A stretch of 63,798 nucleotides of DNA, counting the filler, from Octopus bimaculoides (Eukaryota): assembly GCF_001194135.2 (NCBI RefSeq). It is 5 parts of 5 records of this genome, joined end to end, with 100 filler letters (N's around TTAATTAATTAA, not from the genome) between each part and the next. Parts side by side here need not be neighbours in the genome. Positions count along the whole stretch, not along the records: positions 1 to 16,478 come from NC_068985.1; 4 more parts are not named here. One strand, 5' to 3'. This document shows, piece after piece, positions 1 through 11,820 of this stretch (its first letter is position 1; every line of letters starts with the position of its first letter). The notes below the pieces were generated by a model. It was not told the DNA's origin, ran no database searches, and worked only from the letters and a program-made list of their open reading frames with translations. The translations under genes were made by a program, and so were the position numbers.

Positions 1-134
1 AGAAGTAGTTAAGAGTTAGTGAATGCACTTGAGTTAATGCACCAAGTTGATGCACCAAGCCACTCCGGTATTATCCACAAGGCTCAAAGTAAGGTGATTA
101 AAATGCAAATAATTAAAAAGGATGTTAAGGTAAT

Positions 135-226
135 AATACAATACGGCCGTTTCAGGCGGCTCTATTTAATAGAACAATGCAAGCATTATATCAATCTGAA
201 TTACAGTACCTTTTTCAGATGCAAAA
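135..226 (-). ncRNA. Degenerate type I hammerhead ribozyme motif in an AT-rich, PLE-tail-like repeat
   Basis: Minus strand reads gcat-CTGAAAA-aggt...gcct-GAAA-cggccg-TA-ttgt. Core is CUGANGA with G8>A, stem II closes with 4 bp, stem III is palindromic, stem I is imperfect. Confidence 0.4.
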
Positions 227-2298
227 TACAATTTTTCAACAGTCGAGCTATTCAGTTTTAATTATTTGCAAAGAGAAGGAAAGAACTGAATGCTGCTACT
301 AATATAGCAGAATAAGGTAAAAGAGAAGCAAATAAAATTTTGGATTGGCAGAAGTGGAAACATAGTGGGAGTCGTGAGATTGGTAATTTAGCTACAGTTT
401 TTATCTATCCTCTTAACACCATCAAAAGATCTAATGCAGCCAATGTTAAGGCACTAGGAGTTGACAGTCAAATTTTAGTCGCTTTTCATAAACTAATATT
501 GTTAGATATTCTCCCAAACCCTAATTCTCTATGGCAATAGATTCACCTGACCACATAAAACACCAAAATGTTTTAAAATATATAAGTAATCTTCTTTAGT
601 GCTTCAATTAATCTATTTATCCTTATTATCTTACCTGCTAAAGCATTAATACCTTGACATCTTACGTGGTAGTGCATTAATACTTTGATATCCTTGTTAC
701 TTATTTGCTTTATATATNNNNNNNNNNNNNNNNNNNNNNNNNNNNNNNNNNNNNNNNNNNNNNNNNNATATATATATATATAAAATTCCTTATTTATTTA
801 CTCCATTTTTCCTGCCAATCTTTCTCTCTCCCTTCCTACCTTTTTACCTATATGCTCGTCCAAAACATATTATATATGGAATTAACTTCTTTCAATTCAC
901 AAACATCAACAAAGGTAATTAAGTTTATAACACGTTGTCCACAATTACTATTTGCATATATTTCCTGATATATGTTATTGTTTATGTAAGTCCTGTATTT
1001 AAAATAGAGACAAAATATCCCGGTGAGATGTCAGTCTGTATCAGTCGCCCACAATGAAATGTCACAGTTGTCATTTCAGTGTAAACAAATTATCTTCCAT
1101 AGTCAGTAGCTCTTTTATTTCACCTTGCAGAAAGACACAATTATCATTAACACTCTGCTCCCGCCATCATCGCCTCTTCTATTCAACCAAAGCCTTATGG
1201 CTATGTAAATTATTATTTGTAAGCAGCAACTTCAAGGTTATGCTAGTGTTAATCTCATGCAGTATTGACTCTACAATAGACATTAGAAAAACTAGTCGAA
1301 TAATTAACAATAGTTACAGAATATTTTATATTTTGCGTTCGACCGATGAATTAAAATGGATTATCTTACACGCAGCATGAGATACACTTAGAACGTATTT
1401 AAAAATATAGCTGGAAGCAGAAGCTGGTGAAGAATTCTTCATGAACTACACTTGATCAATGTATGCAACTCAAGAATTTAGCTCATTAATGAAAATAAAT
1501 TAAGTCGTGTTGTTTATGTTGCCAGGTGTGTGCTTACGACAGATTGTTTTCTATCTTTAAACACATATGATGTATGAGAAAATATTCTAGTGAATATGTC
1601 TATTAAATGTTTAAAAGAAGAACATTTAGTCACGAGATGATACTCCGTTTCGGTACCGTATTACTTCTCTTCTTTCTGATTCTACATTCCATGTATTTTT
1701 CCTGGCATTTAGATGCTACTCTCGCTACCAGATTAATTATGTCACATAGGGTAAAAAAGATGCTGTACTCTACATTACTCCAATATCTGTCTCTGATATC
1801 TATCTCATTATACCCTTCCTTACATGTAGATGTGTGTGAGTGTATTAATCAGTGTGCTATTAAAGATATTTAACCGAAAACATTTTAATAAGGCACAACC
1901 AACAAAATTAACAAAAATTTTGGTGCGGTGATCAGAATAACTTGATTTTATGAACAGCGCTTTAATATCTATACTAGCGGATGCATTTGAGATATATCCA
2001 TATAGATAAGAGAAGACTTTATATCAAATTATCGCCTATCGATATAGAGGTAGGGTATCGCATGCTAATAAACGAGCCAGGCCCATGTTCCTCGTATATT
2101 AATCTATAAATATTCGTATTGCAATAAATCCATATTCCAATACGTACTGCAGCTGATAACTACAAAATATTCTTCTAATTCATTCCAAAACTGTTTTCAA
2201 ATCAGATTTTAATTATCTCCTCTGTGTGCGCCTGCACACACACAACACACACACAAACATACACACATACACACATACACTATTATCATTATTTTGAC

Positions 2299-2353
<55 letters not shown>
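2299..2353. repeat. (ATT)n microsatellite forming the 3' tail or target of the adjacent R4/Dong-like LINE
   Basis: Pure ATT run directly abutting the LINE 3' end. Confidence 0.9.
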
Positions 2354-2354
<1 letters not shown>

Positions 2355-4045
2355 CTTCGTAACACAGTGTAGGTAAAAATGCACTGGAGTCTTTAGTCGC
2401 CTCTCAAGTCACAACGAGGACCTCAGACAGATAATACTTTCTTTTGGATGTGCGCTGTGCCGGATAAGGCTGCGTTTTGCAAGACTTAAATCTTGCATGG
2501 GATTTCCAGTTGCTTTAAAAAGTCTTGAAGTTTCAGTGGGATTGAGTCTAACGCTCCGATCCTCACTGGTATCACTTTTACATTACCTTCTCGCATTCCA
2601 TACAGTCTTGCCATTTCCACTTTCAGTTCGGAGTACTTGGTGATATTTTCAACCTCTTTACTCACAACATTCATGTCATTTGGTATGGCTACATCAATGA
2701 TCTAACAGTGTTTGTCTCTCTTATTCAACATGACAATACCCGCCCGACAGTGTTCGATTACACGATCTGTCTGAAAATCATAGTCCCAAATTATAGTTAC
2801 TTTTTTTTTATCCTCCTGCATAACGTTACCTGGTGCATATTCATACCAGTTCCCTGTGCTTCATATTGGTATTTATGGCATAAGAGACAATGAAGATACA
2901 CACACACTTTATCGTGGAGGCGTTTGTATTCTTTTTGTGCAAGGCTCTCACATCCACTTACCAAGTGAGTCACATTTTCCACACTCTTTCCACAGAGTCT
3001 ACATTTCTTCTGAGTATCAAAAGTTTTATAGATGTTATACTTCATTGAATTGGGAGCGAGAGCCAGGCCTTGTGCAGCAACGATCAGGCTTTCGGTGGTA
3101 CGCTTCAAATCATCCCGCTCAAGCCATGCCCACGATTCTGTATTATCCTTAATGTCCTGTGTATTTCTTTCAAACTGTCCATGCATTCTTATTTCAAGCT
3201 CGTCTTCTTTTCTCTTTTCTTCAGCTCTTTGGTTAACCTGTTCTTTGCACATCATTTCATCTCCATTTACACCCTTATCTTTTGCGGCATATTGCAGCAG
3301 TCTTCCTCACTGTTTAACAAATATTCGGTAAATGTTCTCCTTTCACTCCTTATACAATGGTCTATACTAATTTGTCCTCTGCAACCATTCTTTCTTTTCA
3401 TATACAACCTGTTTACGTTTACTTTAGGGTGTAGCACTTATGCAGCGTCATCAACTTTCTCGTCCTTCTATCCAGTGTTGATATTTCCTCCTTAGTCCAT
3501 TTGAGGATGGACGTACTATATCTGACCACTGCAACTGCCCAGATATTCATTATGGTAATTAAAGTTTTGGCATCCAGATTGGATTTCAGCACCATCTTCA
3601 CCATTTTTTGATACGCCTCGCTGACCTTGACTTTCATTTCTCTGTGTAGAATGCCATCCAGCTCCGAAATCCCTAAATATCTATACCCACTACCACCGGG
3701 TTCATCCATGGTCTCTCCTAATGGTAACCACAATAATTTGCAGGATGCTTTCTTCCCTCTTTTCATATTAAGTATTGGGCATATTAAGTATTGAGCATTT
3801 GTCCCAAATTCTATATCGATGTCACTACCACAATTCGGCACTGTTTAGATTAAGGAATCTATCTGTTTTTTCATCCATAAACAGAAGACGGTTGGATGAT
3901 GGGCTTTTCTTCCCATTTTAACTTTTCTAAGTGTCATTGTTATGGGTATTAGTGACATTACAAATAGTAACGGAGAAAACGAGTTACCTTGGAAGATGCC
4001 CCTTTTAATATTAACTTCTCCAAGGAATGCATAACTCGAGTACAA
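2354..4045 (-). mobile_element. 5'-truncated, degenerate R4/Dong-like non-LTR retrotransposon (RT, CCHC knuckle, restriction-like endonuclease)
   Basis: Across frames: RGIFQGNSFSPLLF, NRLLFMDE (normally NHLLFMDD), CRLCGKSVENVTHLVSGC, KRLHDKV, IIDVAIPND, KITKYSELKVE, VIPVRIGALD. Ends in (AAT)n. Confidence 0.85.
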
Positions 4046-4049
4046 TTTG

Positions 4050-4474
4050 GCTTTGGTTTAAACTAAAGCTTCGATAAGAATAATATCGTTACATATTTTT
4101 CTTTTATTTATTGGTAAAATAAGTACTTTTACTTATTGATAAAAATAAGTATTTTTATATAAATTCATTTGTTATTTATTGTTGGTTGATATATATATAC
4201 ATTCATTCTATTAGTATTATTGTTGTATTTTGACCCGAAGAATAGCTATATTTTTGAATAGAATTGATTTTCGATCGATTTAGTTTAATCGACTTGATTT
4301 TATTTTATTTTCTATTTGAAAATTTGGTTATGAAACACGTGTAGTCGTTTAATTATTTTAATAACTATTACTTTGTATTTTATTATAGTTCTTTTTAGTT
4401 TATTTACTTATTAAATTTCTCTATATGTGACTGGATTTTCAAGGTTGTGTTCAGGAACCGTGGTTCTTTTCTCT

Positions 4475-4480
<6 letters not shown>
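4050..4480 (+). mobile_element. AT-rich dispersed repeat, probable PLE pseudo-LTR/3' tail carrying a hammerhead motif; homologous to 43540-43955
   Basis: Long collinear similarity with 43540-43955, e.g. ttggttatgaaacacgtgtagtcgttt and ggttcttttctctaaattatata. Ends at (TA)n and lies just upstream of a PLE ORF. Confidence 0.65.
4232..4346 (+). ncRNA. Type I hammerhead ribozyme motif with long stem II (copy 1)
   Basis: gac-CCGAAGA-[4242-4263 pairs with 4310-4331 at 21 of 22 positions counting G-U]-GAAA-cacgtg-TA-gtc. One core change, U4>C. Confidence 0.7.
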
Positions 4481-4523
<43 letters not shown>

Positions 4524-4539
4524 CTGTGTGCGTATTTAT

Positions 4540-4677
4540 GTATTTGTGTGTGGGTGCGTTTTTCTGTTCCACTGCCATCGCTTGACAACGGATGGTGGTG
4601 AGTTTATGTCGTGGTAATTTATTAGTTACGCAAAAGGAACCGATAGAATAAGTACTAGGCTTACAAAGAGTAAGGCC
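4540..4677 (+). mobile_element. 3' part of the microsatellite-containing SINE family (family 2)
   Basis: ccatcgcttgacaac...gatagaataagtactaggcttacaaag matches 46500-46710 and 47760-47950. Confidence 0.75.
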
Positions 4678-6540
4678 ATTTTAGATAAGTATATTCCAGT
4701 TCTCAAGGATAAAATTAAGTTGTATCTTTGGTCGAACCCTTATGAGGGTATTGATTAGTTCAAAAATATTGAGAGTAAGGGTAGGTATAAGTATATTCAG
4801 ATATATATTAATAGTTATTATTCTTCCACTAATCAAGCAGATTTTGATATGGCCTTAATATTTCCTAAGAAGAATTCTGACTTACGTATGGATGAAATTA
4901 GAATCATTTTAGCAGCCAGTACACCTGTCATTGAATTTGAGAATGAGTTTTGAGTTAGAAAGTTTAGCTACAACGGGTTTGATATTCCTATGGGAGCGAC
5001 AATTTCTGCTCATGTTACGGATATAGGTATTTATATTGTGCTGAAGTTAGGGAGTGATTTTCCGGAGCTTGCTGGAGGTTTCTACCTAGATGACTCATTG
5101 TTCACCCTTAGACATGTTTCTAATAAGAAATTAGATCTATATAGAAAGAAGTTTCACTGGTTAAATGTAATTTCGGTTTATCTACCACCGTAGTAAATGG
5201 ACATGAATCTGTTAACTTTCTCGATGTTAACGTTAATTTTATAACTGGTATTTACGAACGTTATCAAAAGCTTAACTCTAATCTGAAATATAGTAATTCG
5301 GGAAGTAATCATCCAGGCTGTGCTAAGAAATTTCTAATTTACAATATTTCTAGAAGAATTTCTGCCTTATCTTCGTGTAAGGAAATTTTTGATAAGAATG
5401 CTGATTACTATGATAGAGCCATTAATAAGGCTGGTTACAATACATACATTGAATGCCTTCATATTTCTAGCCCTGATTATATCGATCAATCGAAACTTAC
5501 TAATAATGAATATGGATTTGATTTTAAATATTCTAAGTCTAAACAGAATGATAAATATAGATCTGAAAATGCGCAGAAGAACAAAGAGAATAATACTTTA
5601 ACCCCAGTTACTAATGTTTATAAATATCAATGTAATTACGTGCTAAAAGGTAATAATTCTAAATTGGTCTTTAAGGTTAATAATCTAGGTCATTATAATT
5701 TAGTTTTTGACAAGAATAACATTATATGGTATGTTATTCCCTTTGCTGGTCAATTAAAAATAATTAAGTTGGGACTGTTTATAGATTGTTTTTGAAACAT
5801 TTTAATAAAAAAAAGTAGATACTGTGAGATTTTGAATCCGAGATCCCTTAAGGAGGCATTTTCGGTTTCTCGAATTTTCTTCTATTTATGAGAATACATT
5901 ATCTGTTGTTTTATCATCGTGTTAGCTCAGTTAATATTAGCGAGATCAATTCCATAGATGCTAATTTTATTCATTTTTCCATTAGCCAGGGTGGTAGTGA
6001 TAGTTTTGATTCAAATCTAAGTTTCATTAATAATATTGTTAAAGGAGTGGAAATTCCCTTTGTGATTGTAGAAACAAAGAAAATTGTTTATTTAGAAATT
6101 TTTGTAAACGTAAAGAAGTAGTTCATTAAGCTAAAGTCATTTATGAGTGTAATGATTACTTTTATATTGGTTCTTCTGCTAATTATATTCAGAACAGGAT
6201 TTCGAATAATTACTATTCCTCTAGAAACAGAAGTAGGGCTTCTTCTACCAGTCCTAGTAATGGCCTCGGCCTATAAGATTGGTAATAAGTTCTGCTCCCT
6301 TTGTTCTGAAGAATTATTTTTGATTTTATTTTCTAGAAAAAAGCTGTTAAATTCAAAATCGGAAACAGGATTATTTTCTTGTTCATAAGAATGTTTTTTT
6401 TTAAATTTTTAAGTAGGTCTTTTTAGGATGTTTTATATTCTTTAATTTGATTAACAGGTTATTGAGGGTTTGATAATTACAGTTTCACCCGTTGTATTTG
6501 CTATTTAATTAGGTTCTTCTCTCATTTGTGTTTTGATTTC
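4678..6540 (+). mobile_element. Degenerate Penelope-like element, RT plus C-terminal GIY-YIG (lineage A, possibly Hydra-type)
   Basis: IPMGATISAHVTDIG, GGFYLDDSLF, thumb ISRRISALSSCKEIFDKNADYYDRAINKAGY, CDCRNKENC...EVVH...FYIGS, YKIGNKFCSLCSEE...LLNSKSE. Many stops and frameshifts. Confidence 0.85.
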
Positions 6541-6599
6541 TACATCGCCATTATGTTATGTGTAAGATTAATCCTGGCATTAACTGTAAAGCTAACATT

Positions 6600-6900
6600 G
6601 TAGTCTACAGTATAAGATGCAGAGAACTGCTTGTGAGGACATTAACATGGCATACAATGGAGAGATGTCTAGAAGTATAGCGGAGAGAATAAACAGACAC
6701 TTGAGGCAATGTAATAGCAAGGAACAGTCCTCCATACCCTATCAACAAGCCAAAGACTAACATGGAGACACACTGGGTAGACTTAACCACTGCATTTTAT
6801 CCAAGTACCCGAAATACCTATCACTCAGACAATTACAAAAGTACGTACTAATAAATGGAACGTCCCCCGTACTAAAAAGGAAGTACATGTAGAAGATGGA
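6600..6900 (+). mobile_element. GIY-YIG endonuclease fragment of a PLE (lineage B type)
   Basis: VYSIRC, then after a frameshift C...YNGEMSRSIAERINRH, matching VYxIxC..C...YIGETxR...R..EH. Confidence 0.6.
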
Positions 6901-7215
6901 GATACATACGGAATATACATTGATAGGTACATTTGCCAATAGACAGTTAAGCAGATAAATATATGGGGATGTAAATAGTTATCTTGGTAAACAGATACAT
7001 AAGTAGATAGGTAGATTGATAATACGGAGAGACAAACACGCACACACACACAAGTCGAAAGACATGACCATATATACAAACACTCTCCACACGCATGCAC
7101 ACAAAAACCCAAATAGAGAAGTCCATCCATGAATAACAGACGCACGTACATAATCACACAAACGCATACACAAAGACACTCTCAAACACGATAGGAAGCA
7201 GATGTACACACAAAA

Positions 7216-7249
<34 letters not shown>

Positions 7250-7436
7250 GCACACACACAAGCACGCACACACTCAAAAACACATGAATATAGAGAGTAC
7301 ATCCTTCCACCCATCCATACATCCATCCATCCTTCCATCCATCCATCCATCCATACATATATATGTGCATACACAAGCAGGCATCTACGCTGGTGCGCTC
7401 ACATACACTCGGTCGCGCGCAAACACATGCACGCTG

Positions 7437-7482
<46 letters not shown>

Positions 7483-7694
7483 GAGAGAATTTCAAACAGA
7501 CAAAAGAAACGTAGCTCTGATAACAGATAGAGTTGACATCCGTTGACAATGCTGCAAATGCAAAGAAAACTTTTGGAAGACACACACTAACATAAATACC
7601 TATATACACACACGTACACTAACGCACATGCACACACTCACACATATATAACATACATAATTATATAAGAATAAATATACATACTAATATAAAT

Positions 7695-7726
<32 letters not shown>

Positions 7727-7730
<4 letters not shown>

Positions 7731-7975
7731 GTTTGAATGTGGTGTGTGCCAGAGGGTTTGCAAATCCAATGGGGGTCTTAAAAGACATGTTAGGATCCAC
7801 AATGAGCAGAACTTACTTGCAGGTATTGGTAGTGCAAATCAGAGGTGCAATATGTGTGGGTGTTTCTTCAAAACACTGTCTGGTTTAAAAAGCCACATCA
7901 GACGCCATGAAAGGGCTAAGGTGTAGGTGCAGGAGGTGGTCAAACTCTGTTTAAGGAGTAGACAACCACCATATG
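7727..7975 (+). mobile_element. 5'-truncated 3' end of an RTE-like LINE encoding two C2H2 zinc fingers
   Basis: CGVCQRVCKSNGGLKRHVRIH and CNMCGCFFKTLSGLKSHIRRH, both CxxC-x12-H-x3-H. Stop at 7924-7926. The short 3' UTR is shared with 50084-50230. Flanked by (TA)n. RTE assignment is inference. Confidence 0.65.
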
Positions 7976-8237
7976 TACGTATATTATATATATATATATA
8001 TATATGTATGTATTATCTATGTACGTATGAAAATATATATGTATATGTGTGCGTGCGTTTGTGTGTGTGTGTGTGTGTGTGTGCGTGTGTGTGAGTGTGT
8101 ATACATTGTTTTTGTTTGTCGTATGCAATACTATTTACGTGAATTCGCGATTTGAAACATATTTTGTGACTGGGGACAGTCATACTAACACACCGGTTCA
8201 ATTTCTATTCATTTTTTTTTGTTTGTGTCTTCAAAAA

Positions 8238-8402
8238 GAAGAAGAAAAAGAAGAGAAGGAAGAAGAAAGAAAAAGAAAAAAGGAAGAATAAAGAAGAAGA
8301 AGAAAAAGAAGAAGAAAGAAGAAGAAGAAGAAGAAGAAGAAGAAGAAGAAGAAGAAGAAGAAGAAGAAGAAGAAGAAGAAGAAGAAGAAGAAGAAGAAGA
8401 AA
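8238..8402. repeat. (GAA)n microsatellite
   Basis: Long GAA run with a degenerate left edge. Confidence 0.95.
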
Positions 8403-8454
8403 AGGACGGGATTGGTGTGAAAGTAGCATAGACAGACTGAAATAATTTCAGGCA

Positions 8455-9400
8455 CTTGACATGAACTTTCAATTTACGATGCAATATCGCCATCAACAAC
8501 TTCCATTCTTCAATATCCTCATTAAGAAAACCAACGAAAAATAGACACATACATATACTATAAGCCCCCGGACTCCAAGCAATATCTACCGCTCAACTCA
8601 TTCCACACCAGACACACTAGAATGAATACCCCCTTCAACCTGGCAAAAGGATGTGTACTACAGTATCTGATACAAGCACCAGGGACACACGACTGCATGA
8701 GCTAAAGAATGCACTCATCAGCAGGAACTACCCACTATCATTAATAGACTTGTTTTCAACGTGCCCTACAACCTAACATCCATGAACTCAGAATCCTAAA
8801 CTAAAGAAGGATTTACAATCAAAAGCCGTACCATACATATCCACACACAAACCCCTTAACAATGACGCTCTCGACACCATACTCCAGAACATTCCTCTAC
8901 TAAAAAGGAACCGCAGAATGAACCAATTCCTCCAAACGCACACCATCATAAAGAGCAAAAGATAACCCAAGTCAATGAAAAGTCTTCTAAAACAAGCCTA
9001 AGTATATTCGTCAACAACATTCAAACAGCCAGAAAAAATGCGGGAGACCTATTGTAATATATGCATCAACCTAATTGAGGGATCGGAGTTCTCCTTTAAA
9101 CAAGGTCAACGTTTTACAGTGGAAAACAGCCTCATATGTGTTTCGGAAAACCTAAAACATGTGTTAACTTGCTCATGGTGTCGAGAGAAATGCATAGGCC
9201 AAATCAAAAACAGTCTACTCTAGAAGATGACCCTACATAGATCCCAGATTAAAATTCGGTAATACAGAAAGATAGCTTTAAGCGAACACATCAATATTTG
9301 CGCCGATAATGAAGAACCCAACTTCGGAATTTTCCCCCTATAAATTCTGAGGCAATTCAACCTATATTCAGCGCATTAGCAAATAATCATATTTTATAGC
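8455..9400 (+). mobile_element. Degenerate Penelope-like element, RT thumb plus GIY-YIG (lineage B)
   Basis: YYKPPDSKQYLPLNSFHTRHTRMNTPFNL, LHELKNALISRNYP, CNICINLIEG...C.SENLKHVLTCSWCREKCIGQ...LHRSQI. Confidence 0.8.
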
Positions 9401-9691
9401 AAAATATAAAACACTCGCTTCCACCACAGGTGACACTACCACAACGATCTTAGAATAATACCACGCAAACATTAAAAATGATATATTCAGAATAGCCAAT
9501 ACCCATGAATTTATTCTTAAGAATTTTAATCACTACTGCTACAACCACAACAGGTTATTTTCAGATACAATTTTTCAACGTGCACTACAACTTTAACATC
9601 CACAAACTTAGATCTCCCAAACTAAAGGATTTACAACCAAAAGCCATTAAAGAAGATTCCACGAAGTCTACTACTGTCATACCACTCCCGT

Positions 9692-9811
9692 ATTCTTCTT
9701 CTTCTTCTTCTTCTTCTTCTTCTTCTTCTTCTTCTTCTTCTTCTTCTTCTTCTTCTTCTTCTTCTTCTTCTTCTTCTTCTTCTTCTTCTTCTTCTTCTTC
9801 TTCTTCTTCTT
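9692..9811. repeat. (TTC)n microsatellite running into an assembly gap
   Basis: Pure TTC run followed by N. Confidence 0.95.
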
Positions 9812-11529
9812 NNNNNNNNNNNNNNNNNNNNNNNNNNNNNNNNNNNNNNNNNNNNNNNNNNNNNNNNNNNNNNNNNNNNNNNNNNNNNNNNNNNNNNNNN
9901 NNNNNNNNNNNNNNNNNNNNNNNNNNNNNNNNNNNNNNNNNNNNNNNNNNNNNNNNNNNNNNNNNNNNNNNNNNNNNNNNNNNNNNNNNNNNNNNNNNNN
10001 NNNNNNNNNNNNNNNNNNNNNNNNNNNNNNNNNNNNNNNNNNNNNNNNNNNNNNNNNNNNNNNNNNNNNNNNNNNNNNNNNNNNNNNNNNNNNNNNNNNN
10101 NNNNNNNNNNNNNNNNNNNNNNNNNNNNNNNNNNNNNNNNNNNNNNNNNNNNNNNNNNNNNNNNNNNNNNNNNNNNNNNNNNNNNNNNNNNNNNNNNNNN
10201 NNNNNNNNNNNNNNNNNNNNNNNNNNNNNNNNNNNNNNNNNNNNNNNNNNNNNNNNNNNNNNNNNNNNNNNNNNNNNNNNNNNNNNNNNNNNNNNNNNNN
10301 NNNATATATATATATATATATATATATATAAACATAGGAGAGAGAATTAGAGCAAGAGTTAGAGACGGAACGTTTATATCGATAAGCAAATATCTTTAGG
10401 CACTGTATCTGGTCTCATGCTTGATGTTTGCAAAATCGAAACTTTAGCATAAATATCTGCGCATATACTTTGTCATGCAATCCTTTCTGAATCCTCGTAT
10501 AAATTACTAGTTTTATCTTTTTTAATAAAACTTAGTAATATTTCTCCCATCCATTAAATACAGCGTATATTTTACTGGGCATTTATTCTAAATTTGCCAT
10601 TTAATGCAAAACTTGAAGTGATAAATTTGCATTGCTAATCTAATGTAAAATTTTGCACAGTTCCAAATGTAAATGTGTGTCTGTAAACCGGCCTCTAAAT
10701 TTCTTCGTAGTCTTTCTTATGGTATCTATTTCATTGTGATTGATTTTTGATGTATCATTATTTGCATATATCATAGATTCATAGATACATCTTCCATTAA
10801 TTGGAGATACCGTTTTGGAACCTTAATGCCATATTATTAGATTTAGTTTAATCTGTTTATTGACAATTTTTACAATCATTCTATTGTTCATCTAAACTTA
10901 ATGCATTCGTATTCTTAGAATAACTTACAATTTGAAATTGAGAGCAAACATCTCTTGTCGCCTTATGATCCGCGGGGAAAATATAAGAGACGAATAAAGT
11001 ACTTCCCTTAAACATGCTCTAACATATCCGGAAAATGAAACATTATATTATCGAATTTTCTTTTATATATGTTTCCTTGACACTACTTAGCATGTGTGCT
11101 GTGTAGTATTCAATCGCCTCTCTTTCGAAATATGCCTCTACGTAGAAAAATAGTAGAGATTCGCTCAATTGACTAATTAGGTAAGAGAAGCTGTAAGTTA
11201 TTGCCACTGATCTGTGAATTGTAAATTTGATTCAAGTTTAATTAAATCTTCTCATTATTTAGTTTTAAAATCGCGTTCAGTAAATTACCTAATTTAATTT
11301 GTTTCTATTGTCATGCTGGATATAAAAATCGTTCTCCATTTTCCGATGCGAAAAGATCGTCATGTTTGGAAACTGAACCGTTAAATGAAATGATTTTAGA
11401 GGTATTCTCATATAACAATACGTACGAAATTTGATACCTGTGCAGAATTTCTAGAATTCATTGTCACACTGGATATGTTTAAGATATAATTCTTTATAAG
11501 ATATAATTATATTATCTAAATATTTATGG

Positions 11530-11750
11530 CTTTATTGCCCATAGAGGGCTAAACATAGAGGGGACAAACAAGGACAGAAAAAGGGATTAAGTCCATTACA
11601 TCGACTCCATTTCGTAACAGGTATTTATTTAATCGATTGCCAAAGGATGAAAGGCAAAGTCGAACTCGGTGGAATTTGAACTCGGAACGTAACGAAATAC
11701 CGTTGAGTAATTTGCCTGGCGTGCTAACGATTCTGACAGCCCGCCGCCCT
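11530..11750 (-). mobile_element. tRNA-derived SINE family 1, with long 3' tail
   Basis: Reverse complement of ggcggcgagctggcagaatcgttagc...gagttcaaattcc...cctttcatcc...gtcgataaa, with tail tttgtcccctctatgtttagccctctatgggcaataaag. Confidence 0.85.
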
Positions 11751-11820
11751 TCATTATCTAAATATTACAATCATCGGAAAGCCTTGATTTCCTACAATGC
11801 ATTAGTATTTCTATATTACA

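Noticed and set aside
1130-1217. Plus-strand segment with a good acceptor and donor
   Set aside because: The peptide is unrecognisable and there are no partner exons.
8205-8550. Poly-Glu/Lys/Ser/Phe ORFs, and the many CV/HT/YI/IYLS ORFs across the window
   Set aside because: They are translations of microsatellites with no domain content.
9505-10389. Long ORFs of 250-330 aa here and at 25729-26317 and 54972-55970
   Set aside because: They stay open only because they run through N gaps.
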